Positions 29,704 through 42,575 of a stretch of DNA of 64,000 nucleotides are shown one piece after another; position 1 is the stretch's first letter, and every line of letters starts with the position of its first letter. The notes beneath the pieces were generated by a model. That model was not told where the DNA came from. It was given only the letters and a program-made list of their open reading frames with translations, and made no database searches. The stretch covers positions 128,001-192,000 of the forward strand of contig JBCCHT010000005.1 in NCBI GenBank assembly GCA_039028615.1, in the 5' to 3' direction. This DNA comes from Myxococcota bacterium (lineage in GTDB: Bacteria; Myxococcota_A; Polyangia; Nannocystales; Nannocystaceae). A program made the translations under genes and the position numbers.

Positions 29704-30978
29704 CTAGGGCCCCATCGGGCCCATGCAGCCGCCGCACGCGTTGGTGGCCTGGTCCACGCAGGGTCCGTCCCACTCGTTCTCGCAGCAGAACGCGTCCATG
29801 CCGCACACGCAGCTTTGGATCTCGGGCACGTTGCAGCCCACCCCGGGGTGCTCGGAGCAGCAGTCCTCGGTACCCGGGTCGTAGCAGCTGTAGCCGCACT
29901 CGACCTGCGCCGCTTCCACGCAGCCGGGGCCCCAGCCCATGCCGCAGCAGCCCGGGTTGGTCATGCACACGCAGGTCTCGAGCTCTTCGTTGCCGCAGCC
30001 GGGGCCCGGGTTCGGGCTGCAGCAGGGGTCGGGCGGCACCCAGTCCGGGCACTCGGCCCCGCACTCCGCGACGCCGATGCCGATGCAGTCGTCGTCCCAG
30101 GGGAACAGGCAGCAGAAGTTGTTCTCGTCGCAGACGCAGTCGTTGATCTCGGGGATGTCGCAGCCGGGAGCGTCGTGCTCGGCACAGCAGTCTCCGCCTG
30201 GCGGAGGCAGGCCGCAGTCGTTGCCGCACTCGTACTGGGCCTCGGCCGCACAGATGCCGTCCCACTCGTCGGTGCAGCAGTAGGCATCGACGGCGCACAC
30301 GCAGTCCTGCACGGTCATGTCATCGCAGCCGGGCGAGCCGTTGCCCGCACAGCAGTCCCCGCCCGTCGGCGGCGGCGGCCCATCGTCGCCTCCGCCTTCG
30401 CAGGTCAGGCCGCACTCCGCCACCGCCACGCCGATGCACTTTTCGTCCCACGAGGTTTCGCAGCAAAAGTCGTCGGCCTTGCACACGCAGGCCTCGAGCC
30501 GCGGATCGTCGGCGCAGCCCGGGGTCCGCGAGGCCTCGCAGCAGGCGGAGTCCTCACCGCCGGTCGTACCGGGATCGGTGGGATCGTCGGTCGTGGTGGC
30601 GGTACATCCACCGCAGCCTTCCGCGAGGTCGGCACAGGTCTGGTCCCATTCGAAGGCGCAGCAGAACGCCTCTTGATCACAAACACACGACGCGGTGTCC
30701 GGATCGTCGCAGCCGGCCCCGGGATGCGGGCTGCAGCAGTCGGCTCCGCTGCCCGTGTCGCCACCGGTCGCCGAGGTCTCGTCCGCCACGCCCGTGCCGG
30801 GAGCGGAGCTGTTCGATCCGCCGAGCGTGTCCGCTCCGACCCCCGTCGTCGTCGTGCCGGCCCCCGTGGAGCCGGTCTCGGTGACCTGGGTCGGGGTGTC
30901 GGCCGGGCATGCCGCCAGCGCAGGCGGAAGAAGTAGAAGTGTCAGTCGTGAATCGAAACGCCGGCGTGGCCTTGGCAT
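29704..30978 (-). CDS. Lipoprotein with six 10-Cys repeats
   Basis: ALAAC lipobox, Thr/Gly linker, six copies of CC-x6-GC...CVC-x5-CC-x3-W-x3-C...C-x2/3-C. Confidence 0.8.
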   Translation of the reverse strand: MPRPRRRFDSRLTLLLLPPALAACPADTPTQVTETGSTGAGTTTTGVGADTLGGSNSSAPGTGVADETSATGGDTGSGADCCSPHPGAGCDDPDTASCVCDQEAFCCAFEWDQTCADLAEGCGGCTATTTDDPTDPGTTGGEDSACCEASRTPGCADDPRLEACVCKADDFCCETSWDEKCIGVAVAECGLTCEGGGDDGPPPPTGGDCCAGNGSPGCDDMTVQDCVCAVDAYCCTDEWDGICAAEAQYECGNDCGLPPPGGDCCAEHDAPGCDIPEINDCVCDENNFCCLFPWDDDCIGIGVAECGAECPDWVPPDPCCSPNPGPGCGNEELETCVCMTNPGCCGMGWGPGCVEAAQVECGYSCYDPGTEDCCSEHPGVGCNVPEIQSCVCGMDAFCCENEWDGPCVDQATNACGGCMGPMGP

Positions 30979-31312
30979 GGTGGTGCATCCAAACCGCGCC
31001 CGTACGCCACCCACGTTCCCCCGCGCATGGACGGCCGCGTAGGCCAAGAATAAGCCACGCAGCCGGTTTTCGGGGTGGGGGTCTGACCCTTTTGCACTAC
31101 GCGCGGCTCTGGGCGCGGCGTGGCTTGAGAATCATCCACGCGACCAGCCCACAGACGGCGAACAACGCTGTCGCAGCCGCGGCCACCACCGCGAGGGTCA
31201 CGACCCCTCGGGGGAAGACGGCGAGTCGCTGCAGTGCGGCGTTCATCGTCCCCATAGACGAGGCGCCGACGGGTTTGTTGCAGGGGAAGGTCGGGAAAAA
31301 GCGGCCGAAGAC

Positions 31313-32185
31313 CTACAGCCAAACGCGGAGTCCGAAGGTGGGGCCTCCCAGCCCCACTTTGCCGACCTGCATGTGCTCGTAGCCGCCGAAAATCTCGAGG
31401 CGAGACACCATCACCCCCAGCGTGGCGCGGCCGCGACCGACCCATGCCTTGTACAAGCGCCCCGCATCCACGCGACCCGACAACACGATCGGCCAGGCGG
31501 GGAACAGATCGAGGCTGCCGGTCACATTCCAGCCCAAGGCGTACTCGCGGGGGCCTTCCCCCGGGACGCGGCCGTCGATCATCGTGTTCACGCCGCCGCC
31601 CAAGCGGAGGATCGCTCGCTTGGTCTTGACGGGGATGAGGCTCAGGTTGGCGGTGCCGAGGTAGAGCGCATCGTCGGCGGGCAGCTCGACGTAGTACGAG
31701 AGATCTCCATCGAGGCTGATGCGTCGGCCGTCGTAGCGCAGGCCGCCCGCACCTCGCCACAGGTCTTTGCCCTGCACGGCACCCTCGGCCCACACCATGC
31801 CGGACCGGGGCCGGGTGGGCTCTTCGAGCTCGTCGGCCTCGTCTTCGTCGATGGGCTCGCTGAGGTAGGTGCGCGCGCCGTGGGCGTAGGGGTATTGGCG
31901 ATACTCGAGCTCGGCCCAGCCACCTCCGCTGGCGCCGAAGGCCACGCCGCCTCCGCCCCCTCCACCAAAGCTGTAGCCGTCGTCGTCGCTGCTCCAGTCG
32001 CAGCAGCTCGACGAGCTGGAGCTGTCGGAAGAGCCGGAGCTACCCGAGCTGGAGCTGCTCGACGAGCTTCCGCTCACCTCGCTGCGCACGGAGTCGAGCT
32101 TGCCGGCCATGCTCGTATTCGGCCAAGCACCGAGAGCCACCGCGGCCACGGCTCCCATCATCCAGCGTCGACCCCATCCAATCAT
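31313..32185 (-). CDS. Putative outer-membrane beta-barrel protein
   Basis: Signal peptide, Ser-rich linker, alternating amphipathic strands, C-terminal TFGLRVWL. Confidence 0.6.
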   Translation of the reverse strand: MIGWGRRWMMGAVAAVALGAWPNTSMAGKLDSVRSEVSGSSSSSSSSGSSGSSDSSSSSSCCDWSSDDDGYSFGGGGGGGVAFGASGGGWAELEYRQYPYAHGARTYLSEPIDEDEADELEEPTRPRSGMVWAEGAVQGKDLWRGAGGLRYDGRRISLDGDLSYYVELPADDALYLGTANLSLIPVKTKRAILRLGGGVNTMIDGRVPGEGPREYALGWNVTGSLDLFPAWPIVLSGRVDAGRLYKAWVGRGRATLGVMVSRLEIFGGYEHMQVGKVGLGGPTFGLRVWL

Positions 32186-32423
32186 TGCATCATCACCTTG
32201 GCACCACGTCTTGGCTCCGGGTAGCGGGGCCTCCCGAGCAAACGTACGGGGGAACGCCCGGGGTGGTGATGCGCGTCACCGGGGGGAATCCCCCTTGCCG
32301 CTGGTGGGGGGCGAGCGGTCTGTGGGCGTCTGGCGGGGGCTATTCGCGGGCCGAGGCGGGGCGCTTTGACCGGCGAGATTTTCTTTTGACCGCGCTCGGC
32401 CCGGGGCGACATGATTCCGGTCC

Positions 32424-33953
32424 GTGTCCCTTTTCTTGCCTCGTACGTCGCTTGCCCTGCTGTTGCTCGCTCCGGTTGCCTGTGGCGACGACATCCCCAG
32501 TTCCGATGGGGGCAGCACAGGTGATGGAGGCTCGACGACGGGCGCTGACGGCACGAGCACGACCGATCCGGTCGCCGACGAGGGCAGCACCGCGGCCCCG
32601 GCCACGAGCGACTCGGGCGGGCAGGAGAGCACCGACGAAACGGGCTTCGACCCCGCCGACCCGGTGTGCGGCAACGGCTTCGTGGAAGAGGACGAAGAGT
32701 GCGACGACGGGAACGCCGACGATGCCGATGCCTGCTCCAACGCGTGTCAGATCCCCTGCGGTCTCCAGTGGGACCAGCTGGTCCTGGGGCCCACCCTCGA
32801 CTCGGTGATCGAGGGCTTGGGCGTCGCTCGGGACGCGGGCGATCAGGTGATCATCAGCGGCCTGCTCCGCGAGGTGACGGTCGAGATGGACGGCACCACG
32901 ACGGTCGGTGAGGACACGGTGCTGGTGCAGTCGCACATGTCCGAAGGCGCGGGCATGGTGTGGGAGCAGGTCCTGGACGACCCCGAGGGTGACGTGAACT
33001 TCGCCGGGGTGGCCGTGGACGCGGCGGGCGAGATTTACGTGGCCGCGACCGTCGATGCGGCCGACGGTGGCCGGGCGATCCGGGCGTACCGACTCGCGGC
33101 GGCCGATGGCGCAGTCACCTGGGTGCACGATTTCGACGGGGCCTTCGCGGGCGAAGACGAGCTGGCCTTCGGCATCGCGGTGGGCCCCGACGGGCAGCCG
33201 GTCGTGTCCGGGCAGGTCCGCGCGGGCGATGGCGACGACGACGTCTGGGTGCGCAAGCTCGATGCGGCCGACGGCTCCGAGGTCTGGACCGAGACCTATA
33301 GCGGCCTGGGCTCGGGGGGCTTTTCCACCGACGACGGTGGGCCCATCGCGATCGGCGACGACGGCTCGATCTACGTCCTGGCGCGCATCTACGTGGACTT
33401 TCAGACCGCTCCGGGCACGCTGTTGCGCTTTGGCCCCGACGGCGGTGCGCCCACCTGGACCTTCGCCCCGACCCCCGCGGGGGCCGACCAGACCTTCAAC
33501 CCCGAGACGGTCACCGTGGCCAGCGATGGCGGACCGGTGATGGCCGTGTCCCGCGTCGACGGGGCGGACTTCAACTTCTGGGTCTACAAGCTCGACGCCG
33601 CCGGGCAGGAGCAGTGGCTGCTCGAGCGCGAGGACTTCGAGATCGAGGGCCAGGGCAGCGACTGGATCCTCGAGGACATCTCGACCAACGACGAGGAGCT
33701 GATCGTGCTCGGGCGCTATCGCAACGACGACGGCTTCGACGGTCAGTCCTGGTCGGAGCCCTGGATCTCGCGGCTCGATGGCGATGCCAACCTGCGCTGT
33801 CAGGTCCTCCACCAGGGCGACGTCAACGGGTTGCTGCCGCCCTCGCTGTTCGGCTACGGGGTGGCGACCGGTTCGGCCGGCAACGCGCTGGTGGCCGGAG
33901 AGCTCGCGTCCGAAGACGAGTCGGGCCTGTGGTTCGGCAGCTTCCGCAACTGA
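32424..33953 (+). CDS. Lipoprotein with Myxococcus Cys-rich repeat (DUF4215-like) and beta-propeller
   Basis: PVAC lipobox; CGNGFVEEDEECDDGN; repeated GVAVDAAGEIYV / WVRKLDAADG blades. Confidence 0.75.
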   Translation: MSLFLPRTSLALLLLAPVACGDDIPSSDGGSTGDGGSTTGADGTSTTDPVADEGSTAAPATSDSGGQESTDETGFDPADPVCGNGFVEEDEECDDGNADDADACSNACQIPCGLQWDQLVLGPTLDSVIEGLGVARDAGDQVIISGLLREVTVEMDGTTTVGEDTVLVQSHMSEGAGMVWEQVLDDPEGDVNFAGVAVDAAGEIYVAATVDAADGGRAIRAYRLAAADGAVTWVHDFDGAFAGEDELAFGIAVGPDGQPVVSGQVRAGDGDDDVWVRKLDAADGSEVWTETYSGLGSGGFSTDDGGPIAIGDDGSIYVLARIYVDFQTAPGTLLRFGPDGGAPTWTFAPTPAGADQTFNPETVTVASDGGPVMAVSRVDGADFNFWVYKLDAAGQEQWLLEREDFEIEGQGSDWILEDISTNDEELIVLGRYRNDDGFDGQSWSEPWISRLDGDANLRCQVLHQGDVNGLLPPSLFGYGVATGSAGNALVAGELASEDESGLWFGSFRN

Positions 33954-33972
33954 GCCGACCTGGCGCCCAGGT

Positions 33973-34001
33973 TTGACGAGGTCCCGATCGGGTGCTAACC
34001 C
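33973..34001 (+). promoter_or_regulatory. Putative sigma70 promoter of the EF-G paralog leader
   Basis: TTGACG-N17-TAACCC with TGn extended -10. Confidence 0.55.
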
Positions 34002-34039
34002 GAGCGGGTCTCGACGTTCATTCGTCGAAGTGGAACCGC

Positions 34040-34135
34040 ATGGCTCTGCCCACCTTCATGACTGGCCGAATCGGCAAGGACACCGCGACGCGGGAGGTCT
34101 TGCTGTGCTTTCGGCTAGGCGTGCGCGTGCGCTGA
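34040..34135 (+). CDS. Putative leader peptide (31 aa) MALPTFMTGRIGKDTATREVLLCFRLGVRVR
   Basis: Short ORF just after the predicted promoter, preceded by purine-rich gaagtgga and followed by several hairpins before the EF-G start. Confidence 0.4.
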   Translation: MALPTFMTGRIGKDTATREVLLCFRLGVRVR

Positions 34136-34402
34136 GGCCGTCGAGCGTTTCCCTCGCTCTTCAACATCCCCGGCGCGACGACGCACGCTGCGACTGAGCC
34201 TGTTTGTGGCTCGGAACGCCGTTCGTGCATTGGTTTCGTGGCCATGCGGACCCGCGTCCGAGCCCCTCACCACCCGTAGGCCATGCGGGCGGCGACGCCT
34301 CATGGGCGTCGTGTGCCTGGGTGCGTGGCCCACCACCACTGCGGCGTCGCCACGTCGGGGTCTCGGCCCCGCGCGGCCTCGTCACGGAGAGCGATTTTCG
34401 AA

Positions 34403-36472
34403 ATGAACACCATCCACAACCTTCGCAACGTCGGAATCCTGGCTCATGTCGACGCGGGCAAGACCACGCTCGCCGAGCGCTTCTTGTTCTACACGGGGCG
34501 AATCCATCGCATGACCGAGGTCCGCGACAAGGGCGGGGGCGGAGCGACCATGGACTCCCGCGCGGACGAACAGCGGCGCGGGATCACCATCAAGTCGGCG
34601 GCCACCCGCGTGTCGTGGGCGGAGCACGAGATCAACCTCATCGACACTCCGGGGCACATCGACTTCACCATCGAGGTCGAACGCTCGCTGCGAGTGCTCG
34701 ACGGGGCGGTCCTTGTGCTCTGTGCGGTGGCGGGCGTCCAAGCCCAGACCGGATCGGTCGACCGTCAGATGCAGCGTTACGGCGTGCCGTGCATCGCGTT
34801 CATCAACAAGATGGACCTGGCGGGGGCGGATGCCTTCACCGTGCTCGAGCAGCTTCGCGACAAGCTGGGTCACAACGCGGCCCTGCTCAACCTTCCCATC
34901 GGGCGCGAGCGTGCGTTCGAGGGGGTGGTCGACGTCCTCAGCGGCGAAGCCATCTACTTCGAAGGAGAGCAGGGGGAGCAGCTGAGGCGGGCGCCCATGC
35001 CCGAGTCGATGCGGGAGACCGTGGCGGCGCATCGGGGGCGCCTGGTCGAGGCGCTGGCGGAGGTCGACGAGTCGATCCTCGCCCGCTACGTCGAAGGCCT
35101 GCCCATCGACGACGACGAGCTTCGTCGGGCCGCTCGGGCGGCGACCATTGCTCGTCGCTTGACCCCCGTCGTGTGCGGGGCGGCGCGATCCAACCGGGGC
35201 GTGCAGCCCCTGCTGGACGCGGTGGTGGCCTATCTCCCCCACCCGGGGGAGGTCGAAAACCACGCCTTCGACCTCGACACCGGGGCCGAGACTCCGCTGC
35301 ACTGCGACCCCGAGCGTCCCCTGCGGGCGCTGGCCTTCAAGGCGGTCGAAGACGCCTACGGGGGCCTGACCTACCTGCGGATCTACCAGGGTCGCCTGGG
35401 CCGCGGAGACACCGTCCATGTCGAAGGGCGCAAGCTACGAGCCGGTCGCCTGGTGCGTATGCACTCCCACGCCATGACGGAAATCGACCACGCCGAAGCG
35501 GGCGACATCATCGCTCTTTTCGGTTCGGCCGTGAGCACCGGGCAGGTGCTCACCCCCCACGGGTCGCAGCGCGTCTCGATGCGCCCGATCAACGTACCCA
35601 AGCCGGTGGTGTCCTACGCCATCGTTCCCAAGGACAAGTCCATGCTCGACAAATTCTCACGTGTCGTCTCGCGCCTGTGCCGAGAGGACCCCACGCTGTC
35701 CGTGTCGCACGACGCTCAGTCGGGCGAGACGCTCTTGTCGGGCATGGGAGAGCTGCACCTCGAGGTGTATTGCGATCTCATGCTCGAAGAGCACGGCATC
35801 GAGCTTTACCGGAGTGCACCGTTGGTGAACTACCGCGAGACCCTCGCGGAGCCGGTGGGGTTCGACCACCTGCACAAGAAGCAAGACGGCGGCAACGGCC
35901 AGTTCGCCAAGGTCGTGGGTCGTCTCTGTCCCACCGAGCAGGCCTATGTCTTCGACGACCGGGTCAAGGGCGGGGCCATCGCCCGCGAGTACATCTCGGC
36001 CTGTGATCGTGGCTTCCGCGAAGCCATGCAGCAGGGCCCGCTGCTCGATGCCCCGCTCAGCGGGGTGCAGGTGGTGCTCGAGGACGGCAAGACCCACGGC
36101 ACCGATTCCAGCGACCTGGCCTTCCAGATCGCGTCTCGCGATGCGCTGACTCGGGCCCTGGCCCGGTCTCAGGGCAGCGTGGCCGTGTTGGAGCCGATGA
36201 TGACCGTCGAGGTCGATGCGCCCAGCGAGTACGTGGGTGCAGTGCAGTCGGGCTTGGTCCGGCGCCGCGGGCAGATCACCGATACCGAGATCGGTACATC
36301 TTCGGCTCGCATCCAGGCTCGGGTCCCCTTGGCCGAGATGTTCGGCTACGCGGGCGACTTGCGTGGGGTGACCCAAGGCAAGGGCGAGCACAGCATGGAG
36401 CTTGCCGACTACCAGCGGGTCCCCGCATCGGTCCAGCGTGAGCTGGTCGCTCGCCATCGCGGCGAGGCATGA
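34403..36472 (+). CDS. fusA: Elongation factor G paralog (stand-alone)
   Basis: AHVDAGKTT, RGITIKSA, DTPGHIDF, INKMD, LSGMGELHLE, HKKQDGGNGQF, DSSDLAF, PLAEMFGY; no rpsL/rpsG/tuf neighbours. Confidence 0.93.
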   Translation: MNTIHNLRNVGILAHVDAGKTTLAERFLFYTGRIHRMTEVRDKGGGGATMDSRADEQRRGITIKSAATRVSWAEHEINLIDTPGHIDFTIEVERSLRVLDGAVLVLCAVAGVQAQTGSVDRQMQRYGVPCIAFINKMDLAGADAFTVLEQLRDKLGHNAALLNLPIGRERAFEGVVDVLSGEAIYFEGEQGEQLRRAPMPESMRETVAAHRGRLVEALAEVDESILARYVEGLPIDDDELRRAARAATIARRLTPVVCGAARSNRGVQPLLDAVVAYLPHPGEVENHAFDLDTGAETPLHCDPERPLRALAFKAVEDAYGGLTYLRIYQGRLGRGDTVHVEGRKLRAGRLVRMHSHAMTEIDHAEAGDIIALFGSAVSTGQVLTPHGSQRVSMRPINVPKPVVSYAIVPKDKSMLDKFSRVVSRLCREDPTLSVSHDAQSGETLLSGMGELHLEVYCDLMLEEHGIELYRSAPLVNYRETLAEPVGFDHLHKKQDGGNGQFAKVVGRLCPTEQAYVFDDRVKGGAIAREYISACDRGFREAMQQGPLLDAPLSGVQVVLEDGKTHGTDSSDLAFQIASRDALTRALARSQGSVAVLEPMMTVEVDAPSEYVGAVQSGLVRRRGQITDTEIGTSSARIQARVPLAEMFGYAGDLRGVTQGKGEHSMELADYQRVPASVQRELVARHRGEA

Positions 36473-36480
36473 ACAACGAC

Positions 36481-36521
36481 GACGCCGGGGAGGGTCTACG
36501 GGCCCTTCCCGGCGTCTTTTT
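36481..36521 (+). terminator. Intrinsic terminator after fusA paralog
   Basis: gacgccggggaggg / cccttcccggcgtc stem followed by ttttt. Confidence 0.85.
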
Positions 36522-36545
36522 CGTGGCGGCGCGGCCCTCCGAGCG

Positions 36546-38189
36546 CTACCGGACGACGGAGTAGATATCCGCCACGTCGGCGGGCCGCAGCTCGGTCGGC
36601 ACCGCGCGGTCGGGCAGCGCGATGTCGAGGGTCTGCACGTCGGCGAACCCGGCCGGGCGCGGGGCCATGACCTGAATGGTGTCGCTGTCCGGGCGGGTCT
36701 GCACGAAGGCGGGCAGGGTGGTCTCGCCGTCCTCACGGGTCACCACGATGGAAGCGCCCGGGGTGTGCATCGGCTCGGGCAGGCCGCCGGGGGCGGTCCA
36801 CCATTCCTCGGTGCCGTCGGAGTAGATGGCACCCATCAGCAGGCCATCGCCGGGGGTCTCGGTCATGTCGGCGCGGCTCCAGCTGGTGAGGATCTCGATG
36901 ACCCCCATGGTCAGCTCCCACGCGTAGTCGGAGACCCACTCGTTGCTGCAGTAGGTCATGTAGTCGCGGCCACCCGTGGGCGATCGCAGGGCGAAGTCGT
37001 GGATGCCGAAGCCCCACACGCCGATGCGACCGTTGGGGTGCGGGTAGGCGAGGTCGGGCCCGCCTTCGCCTCCGCTGCACAGCACGTGGTAGCGGCCCTG
37101 GGTGTGGCCGACCTCGTGGGTGAAGGTCTCGGCCGCCGCTGCGCCGCTGCCGTTCCAGCGCCCGGTGGAGATCCGCTGCTGGGCCATCTCGGGCGTGGGC
37201 GGAATGGGCGGGATGCCGATGGCCTGGCCGAGCAGGCCGGGCGGGTAGCCATCGCAGGGATCGACCAGCCCGTAGTAGTAGACGTGCGGCGGCGGGTTAT
37301 CCATGGCGCGCCGCTGGGCCAGGGCGGAGAGCACGGGGCTGAAGCTCGTGCCCGAGGTGCCGATGGGATCGGTGTAGGGCATGGGCTCGCCGATGCTCAT
37401 CACCGCTCGCTGCACCGGGTTGTTCTGCTCGAGGTCCTGCCCCATCGCGGTGGCGTCTTCCTCGGTGATGTTGGGCATGCACTCCTCGCCCTCGAACTCG
37501 TGGCGGACGGGGATGAGCACGACCTCGAGCTCCAGGGGCACGTCGTACACGCCCAGGGTGCCGCGGCTGGCCAGCGGCAGGATGGGCGGGGGATCGGAGA
37601 TTTCGCCCGTAGCGAGGGTGGGGTCGGACTCGAGCAGGCGCACGCGATACAGCGCCCCGTCGACGACGTCCTCGGGCTCGAGCAACCACTGGAACGAGGC
37701 GCCGCCGTCGTTGCTGTCGCCATCGACCATCAGCGGGAAGTCCTGCACCAGCTGGTTGCCATCGGGGTAGTCGATGACCAAGCGTCCGATGATCTCGCGC
37801 GGGGTGAAGTCGGCGTGCAGGGTCCAGAACGCGCGCAGCAGCGTGCGGCGACCACTGATGAGCCGGGTGTTGTAGTCGGCGACGTCGACCTCGACACCAT
37901 CGTTGACCAGCTCGACCTGGGTGGCTTGGTTGGCCGTCATCCTCGACAGGCGCATGCCGTGGGCAAAGACCGGGGGCGTGTCGGCGGGGGCGTCGTCCGA
38001 GCCCTCTTGGCCGACCCCCGTGGTGGTGGCCTCTTCCCCCGTCTCGTCGGCGGCGACGGTCGTACCCTCGGCTTCGCCGTCGCTGGTGCTCGCGCCCGTT
38101 CCCGTGCCGTCTCCGGCGGCCGTAGGCTGATCGTCACCGCAACCGGCGACCATGAACAAACACAACCCCCATTGGAGTCCACGACGCAT
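36546..38189 (-). CDS. Metzincin-type (M66-like) zinc metalloprotease lipoprotein
   Basis: VAGC lipobox; HEVGHTQGRYH (HExxHxxGxxH) plus Met-turn DYMTY. Confidence 0.8.
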   Translation of the reverse strand: MRRGLQWGLCLFMVAGCGDDQPTAAGDGTGTGASTSDGEAEGTTVAADETGEEATTTGVGQEGSDDAPADTPPVFAHGMRLSRMTANQATQVELVNDGVEVDVADYNTRLISGRRTLLRAFWTLHADFTPREIIGRLVIDYPDGNQLVQDFPLMVDGDSNDGGASFQWLLEPEDVVDGALYRVRLLESDPTLATGEISDPPPILPLASRGTLGVYDVPLELEVVLIPVRHEFEGEECMPNITEEDATAMGQDLEQNNPVQRAVMSIGEPMPYTDPIGTSGTSFSPVLSALAQRRAMDNPPPHVYYYGLVDPCDGYPPGLLGQAIGIPPIPPTPEMAQQRISTGRWNGSGAAAAETFTHEVGHTQGRYHVLCSGGEGGPDLAYPHPNGRIGVWGFGIHDFALRSPTGGRDYMTYCSNEWVSDYAWELTMGVIEILTSWSRADMTETPGDGLLMGAIYSDGTEEWWTAPGGLPEPMHTPGASIVVTREDGETTLPAFVQTRPDSDTIQVMAPRPAGFADVQTLDIALPDRAVPTELRPADVADIYSVVR

Positions 38190-38272
38190 GGGAGGCACCG
38201 TATCACGGCCGCGGCCCGACCGAGCGGCGGGTGATCACGGCGGCGGCAGCGGCAGCTTCGGTCCGACGAGGC

Positions 38273-38749
38273 TCAGTCGACGAGGGTGGGGGTGCCGCCC
38301 GGATCGACGTCTTCCACCGTCCGCGACCACACCTGGAGTTCGTCGGTGGGGGCGTAGCCCAGGGCCTCGAAGAACGCGTGGGCTTCTTCTCGGTGCTCTT
38401 GGGGGCTGACCTGTACGTGGTCGAGGCCGCGGCTGTCGGCCCACGCCTCGGCGTGACGCATCAGCGCGCGGCCCACCCCCCGACGCCGGGTGCGAGTGCG
38501 AACCACCATGCCCATGATCTGGACGAAGGGATCACCCCAGAGGGTCTTGCGAACCTCGGCGTGCAGCCAGCCCACGATGTCGCCCGACTCGGTCGCGGCC
38601 ACGAACACGCCGTGCTCGGGGTCGTCGCGAAGTCGCACGAGCCGCTGACGCATGAGGAACTCGGTGCAGTCGTAGCCGAGCTCGAGGCACAGCCGCGCGA
38701 GCATGGACGCGTCCGAGGGCAAGGCCCGGCGAGGTTCGAGCGTAGCCAT
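38273..38749 (-). CDS. GNAT family N-acetyltransferase
   Basis: Motif A VRTRTRRRGVGRAL; AHAFFEALGY. Confidence 0.85.
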   Translation of the reverse strand: MATLEPRRALPSDASMLARLCLELGYDCTEFLMRQRLVRLRDDPEHGVFVAATESGDIVGWLHAEVRKTLWGDPFVQIMGMVVRTRTRRRGVGRALMRHAEAWADSRGLDHVQVSPQEHREEAHAFFEALGYAPTDELQVWSRTVEDVDPGGTPTLVD

Positions 38750-38861
38750 GACTCACTGAGGCTACCGGTTCGAGGGGGCCGAGCAAGAGTTTTCGGGGCG
38801 TGGTGGCGTGTGCCGGACCTCGGCCCCCGAACCGCGCGAAGCCGCGCTATGCTGCGGTGGC

Positions 38862-39862
38862 ATGGACCCCCGCATGTGGCTGCGTGCCGTGGCCGTCATC
38901 CCGCGCATCGACAAGCGAGGCTGGGAACGACTCGATCCCGTGGCGCGATGGCTCATTGCGGTGCGGGCCGCGGTGCTGGTGATGACGGTGGTGTCCGCGG
39001 GCCTGGCCGGGCTGCTGGCGCTGCGTGACGGGCACTTCCACGGCCTTCGTTTTGCGCTGGTGCTGGTGGGGTTGGTCTTCGCCCACGCGACCAACAACCT
39101 CGTCAACGACCTGACCGATCACATCAAGGGCATCGATCGCGGCGACTCGTTTCGTGCTCGCTATGGCCCGCAGCCGCTCGAGCACGGCCTGATGACGCCG
39201 CCGCAGATGATGCGGATGATGATGTTCACGGGCGGGGTCGCGCTGGCCTGCGGGGTGGCGCTGGTGGTGCTCACGGGCAGCGCCACGCTGTGGCTGCTGC
39301 TGGCCGGCATCTTCTTCGTGCTCGCCTATACCTGGCCGCTGAAGTACCTCGGCATGGGCGAACCCTCGGTGCTGCTGGTCTGGGGTCCGCTCATGGTCGG
39401 GGGCGGCTACTACGTCATCACCGACACGGTGACCCCCGAGGTGTTGCTCGCCAGCGTGCCCTTTGCCCTGAGCGCGACCGGGGTGCTGTTCGGCAAGCAC
39501 ATCGACAAGCTCGACCAGGACCGCCGCAAGGGCGTGCGCACGCTGCCCGTGTTGCTGGGCGAGGCGAGGGCACGGGCGGTGGCGCGGGCGCTCATCGTCT
39601 CGCCCTACCTGCTCGTCGGGCTCGCGTTCGCCAAGGGGGCGCTGGGGTGGCCCGTGCTGATCGTGCTCGGGGCGGTGCCGGTGGCGATGAAGGTCTTGCC
39701 CGCGTTCCGGTCGCCTCGGCCCACCGCGCCGCCGCCCGAGCTACCGCGCGGCATCTGGCCGCTGTACTTCGTGGCGCTGGCCTTCCACCACATGCGGTGG
39801 TTCGGGGGGCTGTTCGTGCTCGGGGTCGTCATCGACGTCATTCAGCTGCGTTTTTGGGGGGC

Positions 39863-39866
<4 letters not shown>
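38862..39866 (+). CDS. menA: UbiA-superfamily prenyltransferase (MenA-like)
   Basis: NNLVNDLTDHIKGID, YTWPLKYLGMGE, HIDKLDQDRRKGVRTLPV; multi-TM. Confidence 0.75.
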
Positions 39867-42559
<2,693 letters not shown>

Positions 42560-42575
42560 GCGGGCCCGACGAAGG

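Noticed and set aside
39290..39862. Extended N-terminus of the kinase ORF (1089 aa in the track)
   Set aside because: Overlaps the prenyltransferase in another frame; the ATG at 39863 overlapping its stop is the plausible start
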